Origin: Mobula hypostoma
Lineage: Eukaryota
Assembly (NCBI RefSeq): GCF_963921235.1
Contig: NC_086115.1
Span: 24,676,001 to 24,740,000 of the forward strand
Direction: 5' to 3'
DNA: 64,000 nucleotides
Shown: positions 1 to 12,770 of the stretch, in pieces
How positions within the stretch are numbered: the first letter of the stretch is position 1
Layout: the number at the start of each line of letters is the position of its first letter
Made by a program: the position numbers and the translations under genes
Notes under the pieces: model-generated
Database searches by the model: none
Told to the model about the DNA's origin: nothing
Seen by the model: the letters and a program-made list of their open reading frames with translations, nothing else

Positions 1-53
1 TCCATTTCCTGTGGCTCTGCACATAGATTACCATGCTGATGCTTAAGGGACTC

Positions 54-340
54 TATTTATTTATTTATTGAGATACAGTGGGGAATAGGCCCTTCTGGCC
101 CTTCGACCCGCTGCCCAGCAATTCCCAAATTAACCCTAGCCTAATCACAGGTCACTTTAAAATGAATAATTATCCTACCAAGTGATAGGTCTTTTGACTG
201 TGGGAGAAAACTGGAGTATCTGGATGGAACCCACGTGGTCACGGGGAGAACGTACAAACTCCTTACAGACAGTGGTGGGAATTGAACCTTGGTCGCTAGC
301 ACTGGGAAGCGTTGTGTTATCCTTATGCTACTGTGCTGCC
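54..340 (-). mobile_element. tRNA-derived V-type SINE
   Basis: Reverse-strand tRNA-like head, V-domain-like core (ctgtgggagaaaactggag...acccacgtggtcacggggagaacgtacaaactcc) and (aaat)n tail. The same core recurs at 10818, 27840, 30480, 39778 and 63590. Confidence 0.8.
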
Positions 341-344
341 TCTA

Positions 345-962
345 TTCTCCCTAATTCCCTTGTGCTTTTAATGTACATGTAGATTCCTTTAGGATTCTCC
401 TTTACCTTCTCTGCATGTCATCTTTTTGCCCATCTGATTTATCCTCTTACATCCACTCCTACATTCTTTATTCTCCTCAAGGGATTTGCATGACCCCAGA
501 TGCCTATAACCTCATTTTTCTGATCAGATCTTCAATATCCTCCATATATCCTGCCAGCCTTGCCATTCACTCGAACAGGGGTATGCTGTCTCTGAACTCT
601 TGCTATCTCACTTTTAAAAGCCGACCATCTGCAGGATGTTCCTTCAGCTGCAAACAACTTCTCCCAATTAACCTTTGTAAATTCCTGTCTAATGCCACCA
701 AAGTTAGCCTTGCCTCAATTTAGGACTTTAACTTGTGGACCAATCCTATTGTTGTCCAGAACTATTTTAAAATAAGTAGAATTAATGTTACTAGTCCCAA
801 AGTGTTCCTCCACTAACACTTCCATCACTTGTCCTGCTTCATTTCCAAATAGGAGGTCCAGTATGGCCATCTACATATTCCTGTAACACTTCCCAGGAAA
901 CACCGAACAAATTCCGCCCCATTCAAGCCCTCAGCATTGCAGCAGTCCCAGTCATTATGAGG
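345..962 (-). mobile_element. Degenerate CR1 LINE ORF2 fragment (endonuclease region)
   Basis: ORF 825..1031(-) contains LPHNDWDCCNAEGLNGAEFVRC, resembling the CR1 APE motif DFNFPxIDW..GLDGxEFVxC. Confidence 0.65.
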
Positions 963-1827
963 AAGATGCTTCTGCCAGACCCCTATTCTCTCTTCCCTGA
1001 GGTCAAGCTCTGTGTACAAAGACTGAAACACTGGAATCCGTCATGTATGTTTCTATTGTATGCAAAAGAGAAAGTAAGGATTTTGGCAAACCTTGTCAAA
1101 AATTCTTCCAGAAATGAATTTTTGTTGTTGTTTGTGAGCGTCTCCCGAGAGAGTTGTTTGTGTTCAGAGAAGATTTATGAACCCTTTAAATGCTAATTAG
1201 TTTAAAAACACACCAACATCTTATTATAACAGTCAGTGCAGAATGACATTAATCTGCTCTTTTAGGAGGTATAATTATTACTGGTGTATAATGTACTTAT
1301 AAATTAATCTTTAAAATAAAATCAATCACACCCATAATTAACTATGGAAGCACTGAGAACTTAATTAAGGCTATTTCTTATGTCTTTAAATATGAAAGAA
1401 AAAGCCTTAACTGATGGTCTGTACTTTTTATTCTTAATATGTTGCTAATGTGTCACATCTATTGAGCAATGCCTTGTCAGAAAAAAGCCTTAAAAGTCTT
1501 CCAGAAACTAACGACAGCTGTCTTCTAGAAAGCCTATGGTGAAAATGCGGTAATATATCCCATCATGACAGGCACAGTTATTCCTATTACTTTGTGGCTT
1601 TATAGAGTGCTACTCATGTATAACAGTGTTAGTTCATGTGTAGAAAGAAACCTGTTCTTTTTTGTAACCTTCAATGACAACGTCTATTTTTCTTTTGTAT
1701 TCCATCTGCTATCATAGGAACTGTTGTAGAGACGCAGCCACTTGAGTCTGAAATGCCATTCAGTAAAGTTTGACTGACTGCACCTCAACTCCATTTCCTG
1801 GCCTTTGCCCCACATCCTTTAATACTA

Positions 1828-2170
1828 TTCAAAGTTCAAAGTAAATTTATTATTGAAGTATGTATACCATATACGACCCTAAGGATCAACTTCTTGTTGA
1901 CACCCACAAAACAAAGAAACACAATAGAATCCACGAGGAACCACATACAGCAACGTCCAATGTACGAAAAAAGAAAAAAATGTGTAAATAATAAAAAAAA
2001 CAGTAAACAAATACTGATAGACCGTGAGGTACAAGAGTTCCCGAAAGCTGTGGAGTTAGTTCAGCAGTGTGGCCAGTGAAGGCTGTCCAGGAGCCCAGTG
2101 GTCACGGGCGCAGGGCAACAACCGCTCCTGAACCTGCTGGCATGAAACCCAAGACTCCCATCTGATGGTA
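1828..2170 (-). mobile_element. Rex1/Babar-type LINE 3' end with (tttgaac)n tail
   Basis: ttcaaagttcaaagtaaatttatt tail and UTR shared with copies at 33085, 42884, 55948 and 61300, several of which adjoin Rex1 RT sequence. Confidence 0.6.
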
Positions 2171-2406
2171 GTAGTGAGAAGAAAGGGGTGGGGGATCTTT
2201 ACTGGCATGGCAAAGTGGACTGAACACCGGTACAAGTACACAGCCATTTACCTCAAAATTCAATTGACCATATCTTCCCTGGGTAGGGCAAGAGGTGCAC
2301 CAGCTCTACAACATCCCATCAACAGAGGGTCAAAATCATATGGCAATTCAGTAACAGCTGATATAAAACTTGATAAAATATGTCGGTAGGAATTAAAATT
2401 TTGCAT

Positions 2407-2525
2407 GAACACAAGAGATTCTGCAGATTTTGGAAATCCAGAGAAACACACAAAAAATGCTGGAGGAATTCAGCAGGCCAGGCAGATCTATAGTTCATAT
2501 TTTGGGCAAAAACTCTTCATGAAGT
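2407..2525 (-). mobile_element. Penelope-derived short terminal repeat (degenerate)
   Basis: aacacac..aaaatgctggaggaattcagcaggccaggcag matches the repeats at 43797, 50048, 55750 and 63842. Confidence 0.7.
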
Positions 2526-2584
2526 TTTGCATATAGAAAGTGTATCCAGATATTGAAGACATCAGTCTTAGCTTTATTGACGTC

Positions 2585-3142
2585 GTTCCCACTTCTGGTC
2601 ACCGAATTATAGGAGAGATGTCAATAAAATTGAGAGAGTACAGAGGAGGTTTACTAAAATGTTGCCTGGGTTTCATCTCCTAAGTTACAGAGAAAGGTTG
2701 AACAAGTTAGGTCTTTATTCTTTGGAGCGTAGAAGGTTGAGGGGAGACTTGATAGAGGTGTTTAAAATTATGAGGGGGATTGATAGAGTTGACGTGGTTA
2801 GACTTTTTCCATTGAGAGTGGGGAAGATTCAAACAAGAGGGCATGGGTTGAGAATTAGAGGACAAAAGTTTAGGGGTAACATGAGGGGGAACTTCTTTAC
2901 TCAGAGTGGTAGCTGTGTGGAATGAGCTTCCAGCAGAAGTGGTTGAGGCAGGTTCGATGTTGTCATTTAAAGTTAAATTGGATAGGTATATGGACAGGAG
3001 AGGAATGGAGGGTTATGGGCTGAGTGCAGGTCGGTGGGAATAGGATAGGGTAAGAGTTCGGCACGGACTAGAAGGGCCAAGACAGCCTGTTTTCATGCTG
3101 TTAATGTTATATGGTTATATATATATATATATATGGTTATAT
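2585..3142 (+). mobile_element. CR1 LINE 3' end (relatively young)
   Basis: ORF 2659..2925 LSYRERLNKLGLYSLERRRLRGDLIEVFKIM..TRGH; (atatggtt)n/(at)n tail. Confidence 0.9.
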
Positions 3143-4190
3143 GAATCAGAAAGGTCCTCTTGATTGAGCTCTGATTTGTGAATTAATACTGCTGCTGTTG
3201 CCTCTTTCATTGTAGGGTTTGAGAGCCCACAAAGCCTTGTTGAGTATTGAAGGAATCAACCAGGCCATCAACTGAATAAAGATGACTGCATTTATGTTAA
3301 GAGCACTTATGTTGCACCCTGTCAGAATATTACATTAATCATCCTTCAGACCCTTCCACTCAGACAAACCACTGAGGGAAAAGCATTAAAGCATGTATAG
3401 CAATGACTCAGTCCTGGCCATTCCTTGTTACAGGTATATAGGCTCTGAACGGAAAAAAATATTTTAAATGTTCAGTTGGCTTTTCAGAGTGATTTGGGAT
3501 TGAAATAAGTGGGAGGTTTTTTTTTTGCATCCTGCTTTCTCGTTGTCCGAATGACAGTAGAGGTCAAAACAGACATAGGGATAGCACATGATAGCCAGTT
3601 TCCAACAATAGACTAGTGGGCAAAAGGGGCTCAGAAAAAGGATTTCCATCTGAATTCTACATCCTGTATGTGGTAAGTCAGCTCCATTATATTGCAGTAG
3701 AACTGATTAAAAAAAAAACACAAGAAATTACTGAATCTCGGATGAGAGTCAATATGAGCAATTTGAATTTCAAATGCACATTATATACCCAAACAATAAA
3801 CAATGAAAACAGTTAAGATGATATACATGCAAATATTTCTGCCAACAATATTTTGATGACAGGTTCGTTGAAAGAAGATTTAATGATATATATTCTGCAT
3901 TATATTCAGGAGTTAAGCAGAGAGAGTTTATTACTGAAACACAAGGACTATATTCTCTTTATACAGTACGTAGTTGGTAGCGGAAATTTGACTGGGCAGG
4001 TTCTTGCACATGAAACACGGGTTGTTGAATTTTATGCTTAGTGTAAAGAGATGGAAAGTTGGACAAGCTGCATTACTTCATTGAGAGAGATGTTTCCATC
4101 TGTATTTTTCTAACTCATAATGTTATAACAGTTCTTGCATTCCAAGTTACTGGAATTAAATGTACTTCTGAAATGTTCTGTCAATAGTTG

Positions 4191-4825
4191 TAAGACTATA
4201 AGACATAGGAGCTGAATTAGGCCATTCAGCTCAACAAGTCTGCTCTGCCATTCTATCATGGCTGATTTATTATCCCTCTCAACTCTATACTCCTAACTTC
4301 TCCCCATAACCTTTGATGCCCCCACTAACCAGGAATCTATCAACATCTGATTTAAATGTACCCAATGAGGCAATGAATTCCACAGATTCACCACTGTCTA
4401 GCTAAAGAAATTCCTCCTCATCTCTGCTGAAGGGACACCCTTTGATTCTGAGGTTGTGACCTCTAGTTCTGGACTCGCCCACTGTACGAAACATCCTCTC
4501 CATGTCCAATCGATCTCTTCCTTTCAATATTCAACAGGTTTCAATGAGATCCCCCTTCTCCTTCTAAACTCCAGCAAGTACAGGCCCAGAGCTATCAAAT
4601 GCTCCTCATATGTTAACCCTTTATAGGTTGGGAAATTATGGTCTTATAGGCTGGGAAATGGGGTTGAGGAGGAGAAAAAAAGGATAGCCATGGTTAAATG
4701 GTGGAGAGAACTCAATGGGCCAAATGGCCTAATTCTACTCCTATGTCTTATAGTCTTTCATTCCCAGAATCATTCTTGTGATCCTCCTCTGGACCCCCTC
4801 CAATGCTTGCATATCCTTTCTCAGA
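4191..4825 (-). mobile_element. CR1 3' end with a nested opposite-strand CR1 tail (~4622-4757)
   Basis: Homologous to CR1 45608-46130. The host is interrupted between aaccctt and tcattccc by a + strand tail (atgggccaaatggcctaattctactcctatgtcttatagtc). Confidence 0.8.
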
Positions 4826-6004
4826 TAAATTTATCTATGATTCTATATCCATATATGTTTCAACGGGCATCAGAAAACTTTTATGCAGTTAATTTCACAT
4901 TGTTGTTCACGGGAGCTTGCTGTACACAGACTTGTTTCACGCAGTTAACATGTATCACAAAATAGTTGACTGTGCTATTAAACAGAATTTACAACACCTG
5001 AAAGGAAATCTATAAATGAAGTTAAAAAGATGGAAATTTGTCCTTTAAAAATTTCTGCAAGGTTCACATGCTTAATTTGTGAGCAAATTCAGCAAGTTCT
5101 TAAACAAAATAAGGATAAGAAACAGCAGGGTAGTGTAAATCGAACAGCTTCTGTTTAGGGATAGTGCTTTTCAGCGTTTACTGGTTGTGTCCCGAAAAAC
5201 AGCCCTGTCCTACTTTTAAAAAGGACTGAATATTTTATATACAACGAAACTCTGTATTGGTGATATGTTTTATAATGTCAATCATTCAGTTTTGTTTAAA
5301 TATGCAGAAAGTGTGCATAGATTACTGACCAGTTGTACTCACATGTAGATATTTCAGAGAATGTACCAGTCTGTGAAGTGACTGAATAACTCGAGAAAAA
5401 TCTTGGAACATTAAAAATATTGCAGCAATGGACAACATGAATGTGCAGGAAACAGTTATATTTACTGTCAATATTGCTGCAAATTATTTTAGACATCAAG
5501 AGTTGGTATATTTTCCTGTTTTTGATATAACTGTGTACATTCAATTTTGCAAAACAATGATAATAATTGAGGAATCAAAATCAATAACAAAAAAAGTAAA
5601 AAAAACAAACTCTATTAACAAAATATTTCATAATCCCTTTAACCAGTTCTGTGATTTATTTATTATTTGTGAGGTGAATTGTTCATATGTTATCATTTTT
5701 CTAGCTTGAAATGACTAAAAAAATCTGATGATCAGTTATTGTGCTAAGGAGTTGTCTAAGTATACTCATTCTAGAAGAGACATTTCAGTATTGCAGTTAT
5801 AAGGTTGCAGATTTCAGAGTTGGTGCTGGGCTTAAAACTGGGGTAGAAAATGGACAATTTGGATGAGGCTGAAATTCTATACTGAGTGACTGATTGGAAG
5901 TTGAATACCCTAACACCAAATGTAAAATCCAAATTGCCTTAAGTACGAGTCTGTATTCAGGGAACCCACTTTAAAAACAATTTAAACTTCACTTGGCTTC
6001 TTGA

Positions 6005-8048
6005 AATCACAGATGAACCATCAAAATATTGGCCTATTACTTGTTTACAAACCATATATAAAATTGTAACATCATGCATCTCGCAACTAATGACCACTCA
6101 CTTAGAGAATCACAATATCCTTACAGAAGAGCAGAAAGGATGCTACAAGGGTATGAAAAGATGTAAAGAGCAATTGCTAATAGATTTCATAAATCAAGTC
6201 CGGTGGAAAAGCAGAAATCTTTCATGTTGCTATATTGACTACCGAAAAGGTTTTGATTCTGTCTCACACTCAAGGTTAATAGAATTTCCTAAGATATAAA
6301 CTACACCTAATACATGTGAAATTCATACATTATCTGATGAAGCATCGGCATACTATAATTACCCTGTCTATTCTATTAATAACCAAAAAAAAAAAGCACT
6401 CACTGTTATCAAAATAAACTGAAGCACTTTCCAGGGTGTCTCTCTAAGCCCACTGTGGTTCTGTCTAGCTTTAAACTTGCTCTCTAATTTACTGAATCGT
6501 ATGAACATTGAGTTATCAAATCAGAAACAATGAAAAGAATTATAGCATGACACACCCTCTATACATGGGTGATTTGAAATTAAATGTTCCTTCATCAGTA
6601 AAGCTAAAGCAATTAATTCAAATAGTAGAACTTTTTTCGATAGATATAAACACGTGAATTTTGGACTGGATAAATGCAGAACATTAAACATAAAGAAAGG
6701 TGCAACAGAGCTGATAGAATACAAAACAGAGTAGCAGGATACAATACAACTGATGGATGAATATGAAACATATAAGTTCCTGGGAAATCAACAAGGAAAG
6801 AAAGTAGATCATAGTGCGATAAAGGAAAAATTTTTGACTGAATTTAATTCAAGGTTTCAGAATATTTGCCAAACAGAGCGCAACAGTAGAAATATTAACA
6901 AAGACAACATACAGTTTTGCTATACCTATATTAATGTATCTTGGTCTGAAACTGTTCTGGAAAATTTACAAAGAAAAATAAGAACTGAAATGACAAATTT
7001 CAGAAAGCACTATGTACACTTGAACACGCTTAGATTAACACTACCTTGGACAGAAGGAGGAAGAGGTATAACAGACATTAAAAACTTATATAGAGAGTAT
7101 TTTCATCAATGGCAGGATTCAGCACTCCACATGAGCACATGCAATTCTGATAGGAAGAATATACCTCTAAACCTAAATGAGAGCCCAACCCATAAAAATG
7201 ATTACTTTTGAAGAAAAAGTTGACCAATGGAAGAGCATGACCTTCCATGGAAGACATCCCCATGATCTGAGCAGACTAGATGTTGACAAGGAAGTGTTGA
7301 ACGCCGGTCTCAGAGTTGGAGACCTCTTCCCAGAAACAGAAGGGTTCCTTGTGGCTTTACAGGACCAGGTGGTCAACACAAACATAATCAAAAATACAGA
7401 ATAAAAGACCAAAAATTTCAAGATGATAAATGCAGAAAATACCAAGAGAAACCAGAAATAATCCTGTACTTTACAGGATCCTGTAGCAGTTTAACTCAAT
7501 CTGATTACTTACACAGGCACAATCAAGTGGCAAAAATCATTCGCCAAAAGTTTGCTTTGAAATACAAACTCACAAAAGATACCTTTCCTTACTACAAATA
7601 CAAACCTGATCCAGTTTTAGAGTCAGAGTCCCACAAACTATATTATGACCAACGTGTTATTACAGATAGGACACACCACATAATAACCTCTGGATATAAT
7701 ATTACAGGACAAACAAGAACCACCTACTTATTAGATATAGCCATTCCAAACACACACAACTTACAGAAGTCAATAAGTGAAAAACATAAAATATGCTGAA
7801 TTAAAAGAGGAACTGGAAAGACTATGGAACATGAACCGAGTATACATTGTCCCAATAGTAATATCTACAACTGGCATCATCCCAAAGTCACTAACACAAT
7901 AGCATTAAACAATCAGGTCTACATAGCTATTTCTTAAAAATCTTCAGAAAGCTACAGTAATAAACACCACTAGAATAGTCCGAAAGTTCCTAGAAATTGA
8001 GAATGAGCGTGCTTGGCTACACCTGCTTGAGCTGAGAAAAAAAATAAT
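6005..8048 (+). mobile_element. R4/Dong-like (R2 superfamily, restriction-like endonuclease) non-LTR retrotransposon, 5'-truncated and frameshifted
   Basis: Motifs in order: PITCLQTIYK, EEQKGC, KEQLLID, IDYRKGFDSVSH, FQGxSLSPLWF, FGLDKC, LPWTEGGRG, HGRH, ETEGFLVALQDQVV, YLHRHNQVA, LLDIAIP, VPIVISTTG, LQKA..IVRKFL. Confidence 0.88.
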
Positions 8049-8054
8049 GACAAC

Positions 8055-8720
8055 TTATTTATCGTAAATTTTTCATACAAATCATGTAGTTCAAAGCACT
8101 TTGCATTGGGAAAAAGTGCAAACATGAAAATAAAAGGCAAACTGATGTTAGTTAAGAACAAGGTTAGATATGAGGTGTCATTTAAAAGTGTCAACTGAGT
8201 CTGCATTCCTTATAGTTTTAGGTATTGAGTTCCGCAGTTTAGGAGCATGGCTCAAAAAAGCTGACCTGTCAACTTCCTTTTGAGGGATGCTGTTTAAATT
8301 TGAGAGACCGGCAGACGAAGAACTGAGAGCTCAAGCAGGTTTATAAAGTAAAAGCGGTTCTGTGATGTTCTCCTGTCCCAGACCACAGAGAGCTTTGAAA
8401 ATAAGTAATAGAAATTTAAAAACGATTCTAAAAGATACAGGAAGCCAGTGAAGAGTAGCTATGATGGGAGCGATATGCTCCCTCATCCTGGTTTTATTTA
8501 AAAGTCTGGCAGCAGCATTCAGAATGAATTGAAATTTGTCAATAGATTGCTTTGAAAGGCCTGTAAAGGTGCACTGCAGTAATCTGGTCAGTTCCATATA
8601 AAGGCGTGAATTAATTTTTCAGCATCATTACATGTCAGAAATGGATGTACCTTTGAAATATTTCTTAGGTGGGGAAATGCTGCTCTGGTCACTTTCTTTA
8701 TGTGATTTAAATATGAGGTT
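8055..8720 (-). mobile_element. L2 LINE 3' end
   Basis: ORF 8331..8597(-) NAAARLL..REHIAPIIATLHWLPVSFRIVFK. A further L2-like piece (RKWRKTxLEV) lies at ~9490-9650. Confidence 0.85.
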
Positions 8721-8865
8721 GGCTGTTGAGGTTGCCAGTATCTGAAGCTATACTCTCCTTAGTGGAAGTAATTTTACTGTTAAAAATATGGTGAATTCCT
8801 CACATTTTGTGGCAGATGTTTGACTTGGGACATTATCAGTTGGGGCAGGATTCAATAGCCGGGAT

Positions 8866-9480
8866 ATATTCTTCTTGGGCTTCCAGCCAGATACAGGTAT
8901 CAAGTTTAGCTGAAAAACTCTGCCACCTGCATCAGGGATGATGCCTGGGCATGTTTAATCCGGTGGTATTTATTTCCTCTGTGAGTCTATATTGGCTGGA
9001 CGATATATACGGGCAAGGTGGAAACCCAGCATCAAGGAGCACAGGAGGTGTATCCATTTGGGTTGCCTGGAGAAATCAGCAGTAGCAGAACACTGCATTC
9101 ACAATGGCCATAGGATTGACTTCGACGGCACAAAACTACTATGCCACGCCAATGGCTTTTGGGTCCACCTGGTGAAGGAATCCATTGAAATAAAACTAGA
9201 GTAAAAGAATTTTAAAAAAGATGAAGGTCTCACTCTGAGTAACAACTGGAATTTGATTGTAAACAAGATGGGAGAGTGGAAACCTAATTGGATGAGGAAT
9301 AAATAATCAGGAGAGATAGGGGTATAAATACCACCAGATTAGACATGCCTAGGCATCGACCCTGATGAAAGTGGCAGAGTTTGTCATCGAAACGTTGGTT
9401 AAAATCGATACTTGTACCCGGCTGGAAGCCCGAGAAGAGTTTATTTGTCTTATACACTGGGAAAGCACCAGATCGTTTTT
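8866..9480 (+). mobile_element. Penelope-like element fragment: GIY-YIG C-terminus plus pseudo-LTR, with an inverted pseudo-LTR copy at the 5' end
   Basis: ORF 8992..9204 EHRR..KSAVAEH..GHRIDF..KESIEIK. 8866-8980 is an inverted copy of ~9318-9445. Confidence 0.85.
9358..9400 (+). ncRNA. Putative minimal hammerhead ribozyme (Penelope family A)
   Basis: gacc-CTGATGA-a-agtggcagagtttgtcatc-GAAA-cgtt-ggtt. Helix I gacc/ggtt, conserved core, palindromic ACGT helix III. Confidence 0.6.
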
Positions 9481-10313
9481 CAGCTTGGTTATAGTTGAGA
9501 ACAATATCTTGAATTGCTGCTATTCTCTGTAATTATCATCAGAAAAATGGCTCTTCTTGCAGTGTGTATAGCATTAAATAAAGCTTGTATTTCCTTGAAA
9601 ATATAGGTTGGACCTCTAGCTAAGTTTTCCTCCATTTCCTCTCTTATAAAAACCTAACAACTGCCTATTATTTATATCCTTTGCTTGGATGGGGATTGCA
9701 TCACTGAAAAATTGCTTCCATGAAGTATATACTGTAATCACGCAAATAGTGGTGTCAGTTCTATCATTTCACAAGCTGACCATTGCATCAAGACTGAAAA
9801 GGTTGAAATTGCTGGAATCCATGTGTAATTGTAACGTCAATGGCTTTGATCCAGAGGGACACAACTACATTCCAGATGGCTGATAATTTTTCACTCTCCT
9901 GGTACTGTGCTCACTTAAGGGACTAAATGAAAGGAGACCACCTGAAGTTTTGAATGGAGTGTGAGTTTTGCTTTCAGTGTTGAAACTGCCACTCATTCAG
10001 ACTTTTGTGGGTGGTGAATGAGAACACCAGAGCCCTTTCAGTTGTCATTAAGGAACTGCTCACGGAAAGGTTTTGCCAGTGGCTGTTGTATATAGGAAGG
10101 GCAACCCACACATGGCCATTATTCATTCATTTCAGCTTAAAAGACTTCGTATTTTTCCACAGATGTGCGTTTCTTGTTTGGCATTTCTAACTGTAGGGAT
10201 TTTTTTCTCTCTGCCTCTGTTCTATCTTGTGCCGTGTTGAAGCAGATTACAATTAGGGAGTCTAGATTTTAAAATTCGTGTTTGTGGTATGGATCGCTGC
10301 CCAATAGGTGTGC

Positions 10314-10472
10314 ATAGAAACATAGAAATGTAGAAAGTATACAGCACAATACAGGCCCTTCGGCCCACAAAGCTGTACCGAACATGTCCCTACCTTAGAA
10401 CTACCTAGGCTTTACCCATAGCCCATTTTTCGAAGCTCCATGTAGCCATCCAGGAGTCTCTTAAAAGATCCC
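10314..10472 (-). mobile_element. CR1 LINE 3' tail
   Basis: Reverse complement of the tail at 63300-63466, with a (tttctatg)n end. Confidence 0.75.
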
Positions 10473-10817
10473 ATGTCGAGTATTCAGGAACGGGGAAACT
10501 TCCTGATGCGTGTACCAGTGTCAGGAAGATACGCTCAACAGCATTTTCCAATCCCTGAACTTTTTTAAGGTCCATTTGCATAAAGAGCTACAAAGAATGC
10601 TCCCAACCTCTGACCCGAAGAGCAAATTTCACAATAAGGCAATTCAAAATTCTGATACAGGAACTGAATGGAAAAAAATAACTTTGACTAGTTTATTAAT
10701 TAAAGACTACAAGAAGGAAGGTGTTATGCTCGTTATTAGCATATAACAAAATTAAAAAGTAAAATTATCAGTCTTGAATATTATTAACTAATATAAAGTA
10801 CAATATTATTAATAATG

Positions 10818-11440
10818 AGGCATCATGGTAGTGTAGCAGTTAGTGCAACGCTATTACAGTTTGGGGCGTCCGAGTTCAAAGTTCAATTCCGACGCGGTCT
10901 GTAAGTAGTTTGAACGTCCTCTCCATGAATATGTGGGTTTCCTCTGGGTGCACTGGTTTCCGTTTGTGTTCCAAAGATATACCAGTTAGCAGCTTAATTG
11001 GTCATTGTAAATTGTCCTATGGTTTTTTTATAGGCATCCGTTAGTCTTGTAAGACCATGGATTTGCGCCTTGGAGGGTTTCCAGGGCGCAGGCCTGGGCA
11101 AAGTTGTAAGGAAGACCGGCAGTTGCCCATGCTGCAAGTCTCCCCTCTCCACGCCACCAATGTTGTCCAAGAGAAGGGTATTAGGACCCATACAGCTTGG
11201 CACCAGTGTCGTCACAGAGCAATGTGTGGTTAAGTGCCTTGCTCAAGGACACAACTTGCTGCCTCGGCCAAGGCTCGAAATAGCGACCTTCAGATCACTA
11301 GATGAACACCTTAGCCACTTGGCCACGCATTAAATAGGTGGGGTTAGGCCAGGGTTAAATAGGTGGGTTGCGGGGTGGTTGGGCAGAATGGTCCTTTTCT
11401 GCACTGTATCTTTAAATAACAATAAAAATAAAATAAAATC
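10818..11440 (+). mobile_element. V-type SINE interrupted by an opposite-strand SINE
   Basis: tRNA-like head and V core at 10818-11020; tail resumes at 11331-11440 with (aataa)n. Confidence 0.75.
11023..11328 (-). mobile_element. tRNA-derived SINE with CORE-like domain
   Basis: Minus strand: gtggccaagtggctaagg (A box), B-box-like segment, gtgtccttgagcaaggcacttaacc (CORE-like), A-rich tail. Confidence 0.7.
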
Positions 11441-11899
11441 ATTATAATATTACAAGATAGTCTGTTTCCTCATTTTTCATATTTACTTATGACATCGAGA
11501 CAGTGACAGCTCTTAGATTATTCCCACTTATTACTCTCTGATCTATTCTTCATCAAATGCTCATCAATTCCCTTCAATTTTCTTGCCAGCAGTTTACAGA
11601 GTCATTGGCTGAATCACCAGAATATATGGGGATCTCAGAGGAAACCAGAGCACCTGAGGCAAATCCATGAGTCATTAGAAGAACAGATTGAGACAGCAAT
11701 GAATTTTTAGTGAATACAACACTGATTGAGATTTACAAGATACTGATTTGTGGTCAGGCTTGATGTGGATGTTCTACACATTGCCACCAATACTATTGGA
11801 AGACTCTTTAGAGATCATAGGGAGAACGTGTAAGCCCCACACAGCTTCCTGGACCAACATCAAATCGGGATGGCTGTAGTAATGTCGTAGCAATGCTCG

Positions 11900-12770
11900 G
11901 TATTGCACCTTTGTGCTATGGTGTTGATGATAAAAATAAATTAATTGCAGTGTTTGCAGGGTCTCAATGTTACTGACAAGAAGTGGATTCATTACCCATC
12001 CCTGACTATCCTGAGAAGATGCCTGCGAGGCATATCCTTGAAATGCTGGTGATGGCACCCCCAAGAGTTATTGGGTAGACAGGTCCAGGATTTAGACTTA
12101 CCACCATTGACAGTCAGGATGGTGTGTTATTTGGAGGGGAACCTGCGGGTGGTGATTTTCTCGTGAGCTTGCTTGTTGGTAAAGGTTGCAGGTTTGGGAG
12201 GTATTGTCAGAGTAGCCTAGGCAACGTGTTTTGTAGATAGTACACACTGTAGTCCCTATCGCCTAGAAGTGTGGGCAATGAATGCTTTGGATGGTGGATG
12301 GGTAACAATCCAGTGGGCTGCTTCATCTTTGATGTTGTTGGAACTGCAAATATCAAGGCAAGCAGTGAGTGCTCCATTATCCTCCTGATTTGTGCTTTAG
12401 GGATAGAAGAAACTTCATTGATGGAGCAGGTGAAGATGTTTGGACCATGGACAATGCCTTGAGGAACTCCTGCTGGAATGATACACTTCTAGAAGGAATA
12501 AGGAACAAATCCAACTTTTGGAGGGGTTTCCCAGGAGCCCATGGACTTCAGTTTTACAAGTATTCCCTGCTGCTTCACTGGAGCAGTTGTTGACTCTGTG
12601 TCAAGGGCGGTCACTCTCACCTCACCCCGGAACTAGATTCAATGAGCAGCCCTAGTGAAATCCAAACTTGTCCAAAGTGTAGGCTTTTGGCAAATGGGTT
12701 CTGCTTAACAACAATGTTGGCAGTGGCTTCCATTACTTTGCGGATGATTGAGAGTAGGCTGATTAGGAAA
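11900..12770 (-). mobile_element. Old, degenerate CR1/L2-group LINE RT fragment
   Basis: Minus strand near 12355-12410 reads KAQIRRIMEHSLLA, similar to YKAQVRxxMEYxxLAW. Confidence 0.5.

Noticed and set aside
3216-3678. Plus-strand exons (3216 onward; ~3558-3672 ending tg|gtaagt)
   Set aside because: The second has stops in all three frames, the first is a short unrecognisable peptide, and no consistent plus-strand chain was found.
10818-10900. tRNA gene (also ~270-340 and ~11255-11328)
   Set aside because: These are degenerate tRNA-derived SINE heads followed by SINE bodies; no complete cloverleaf.
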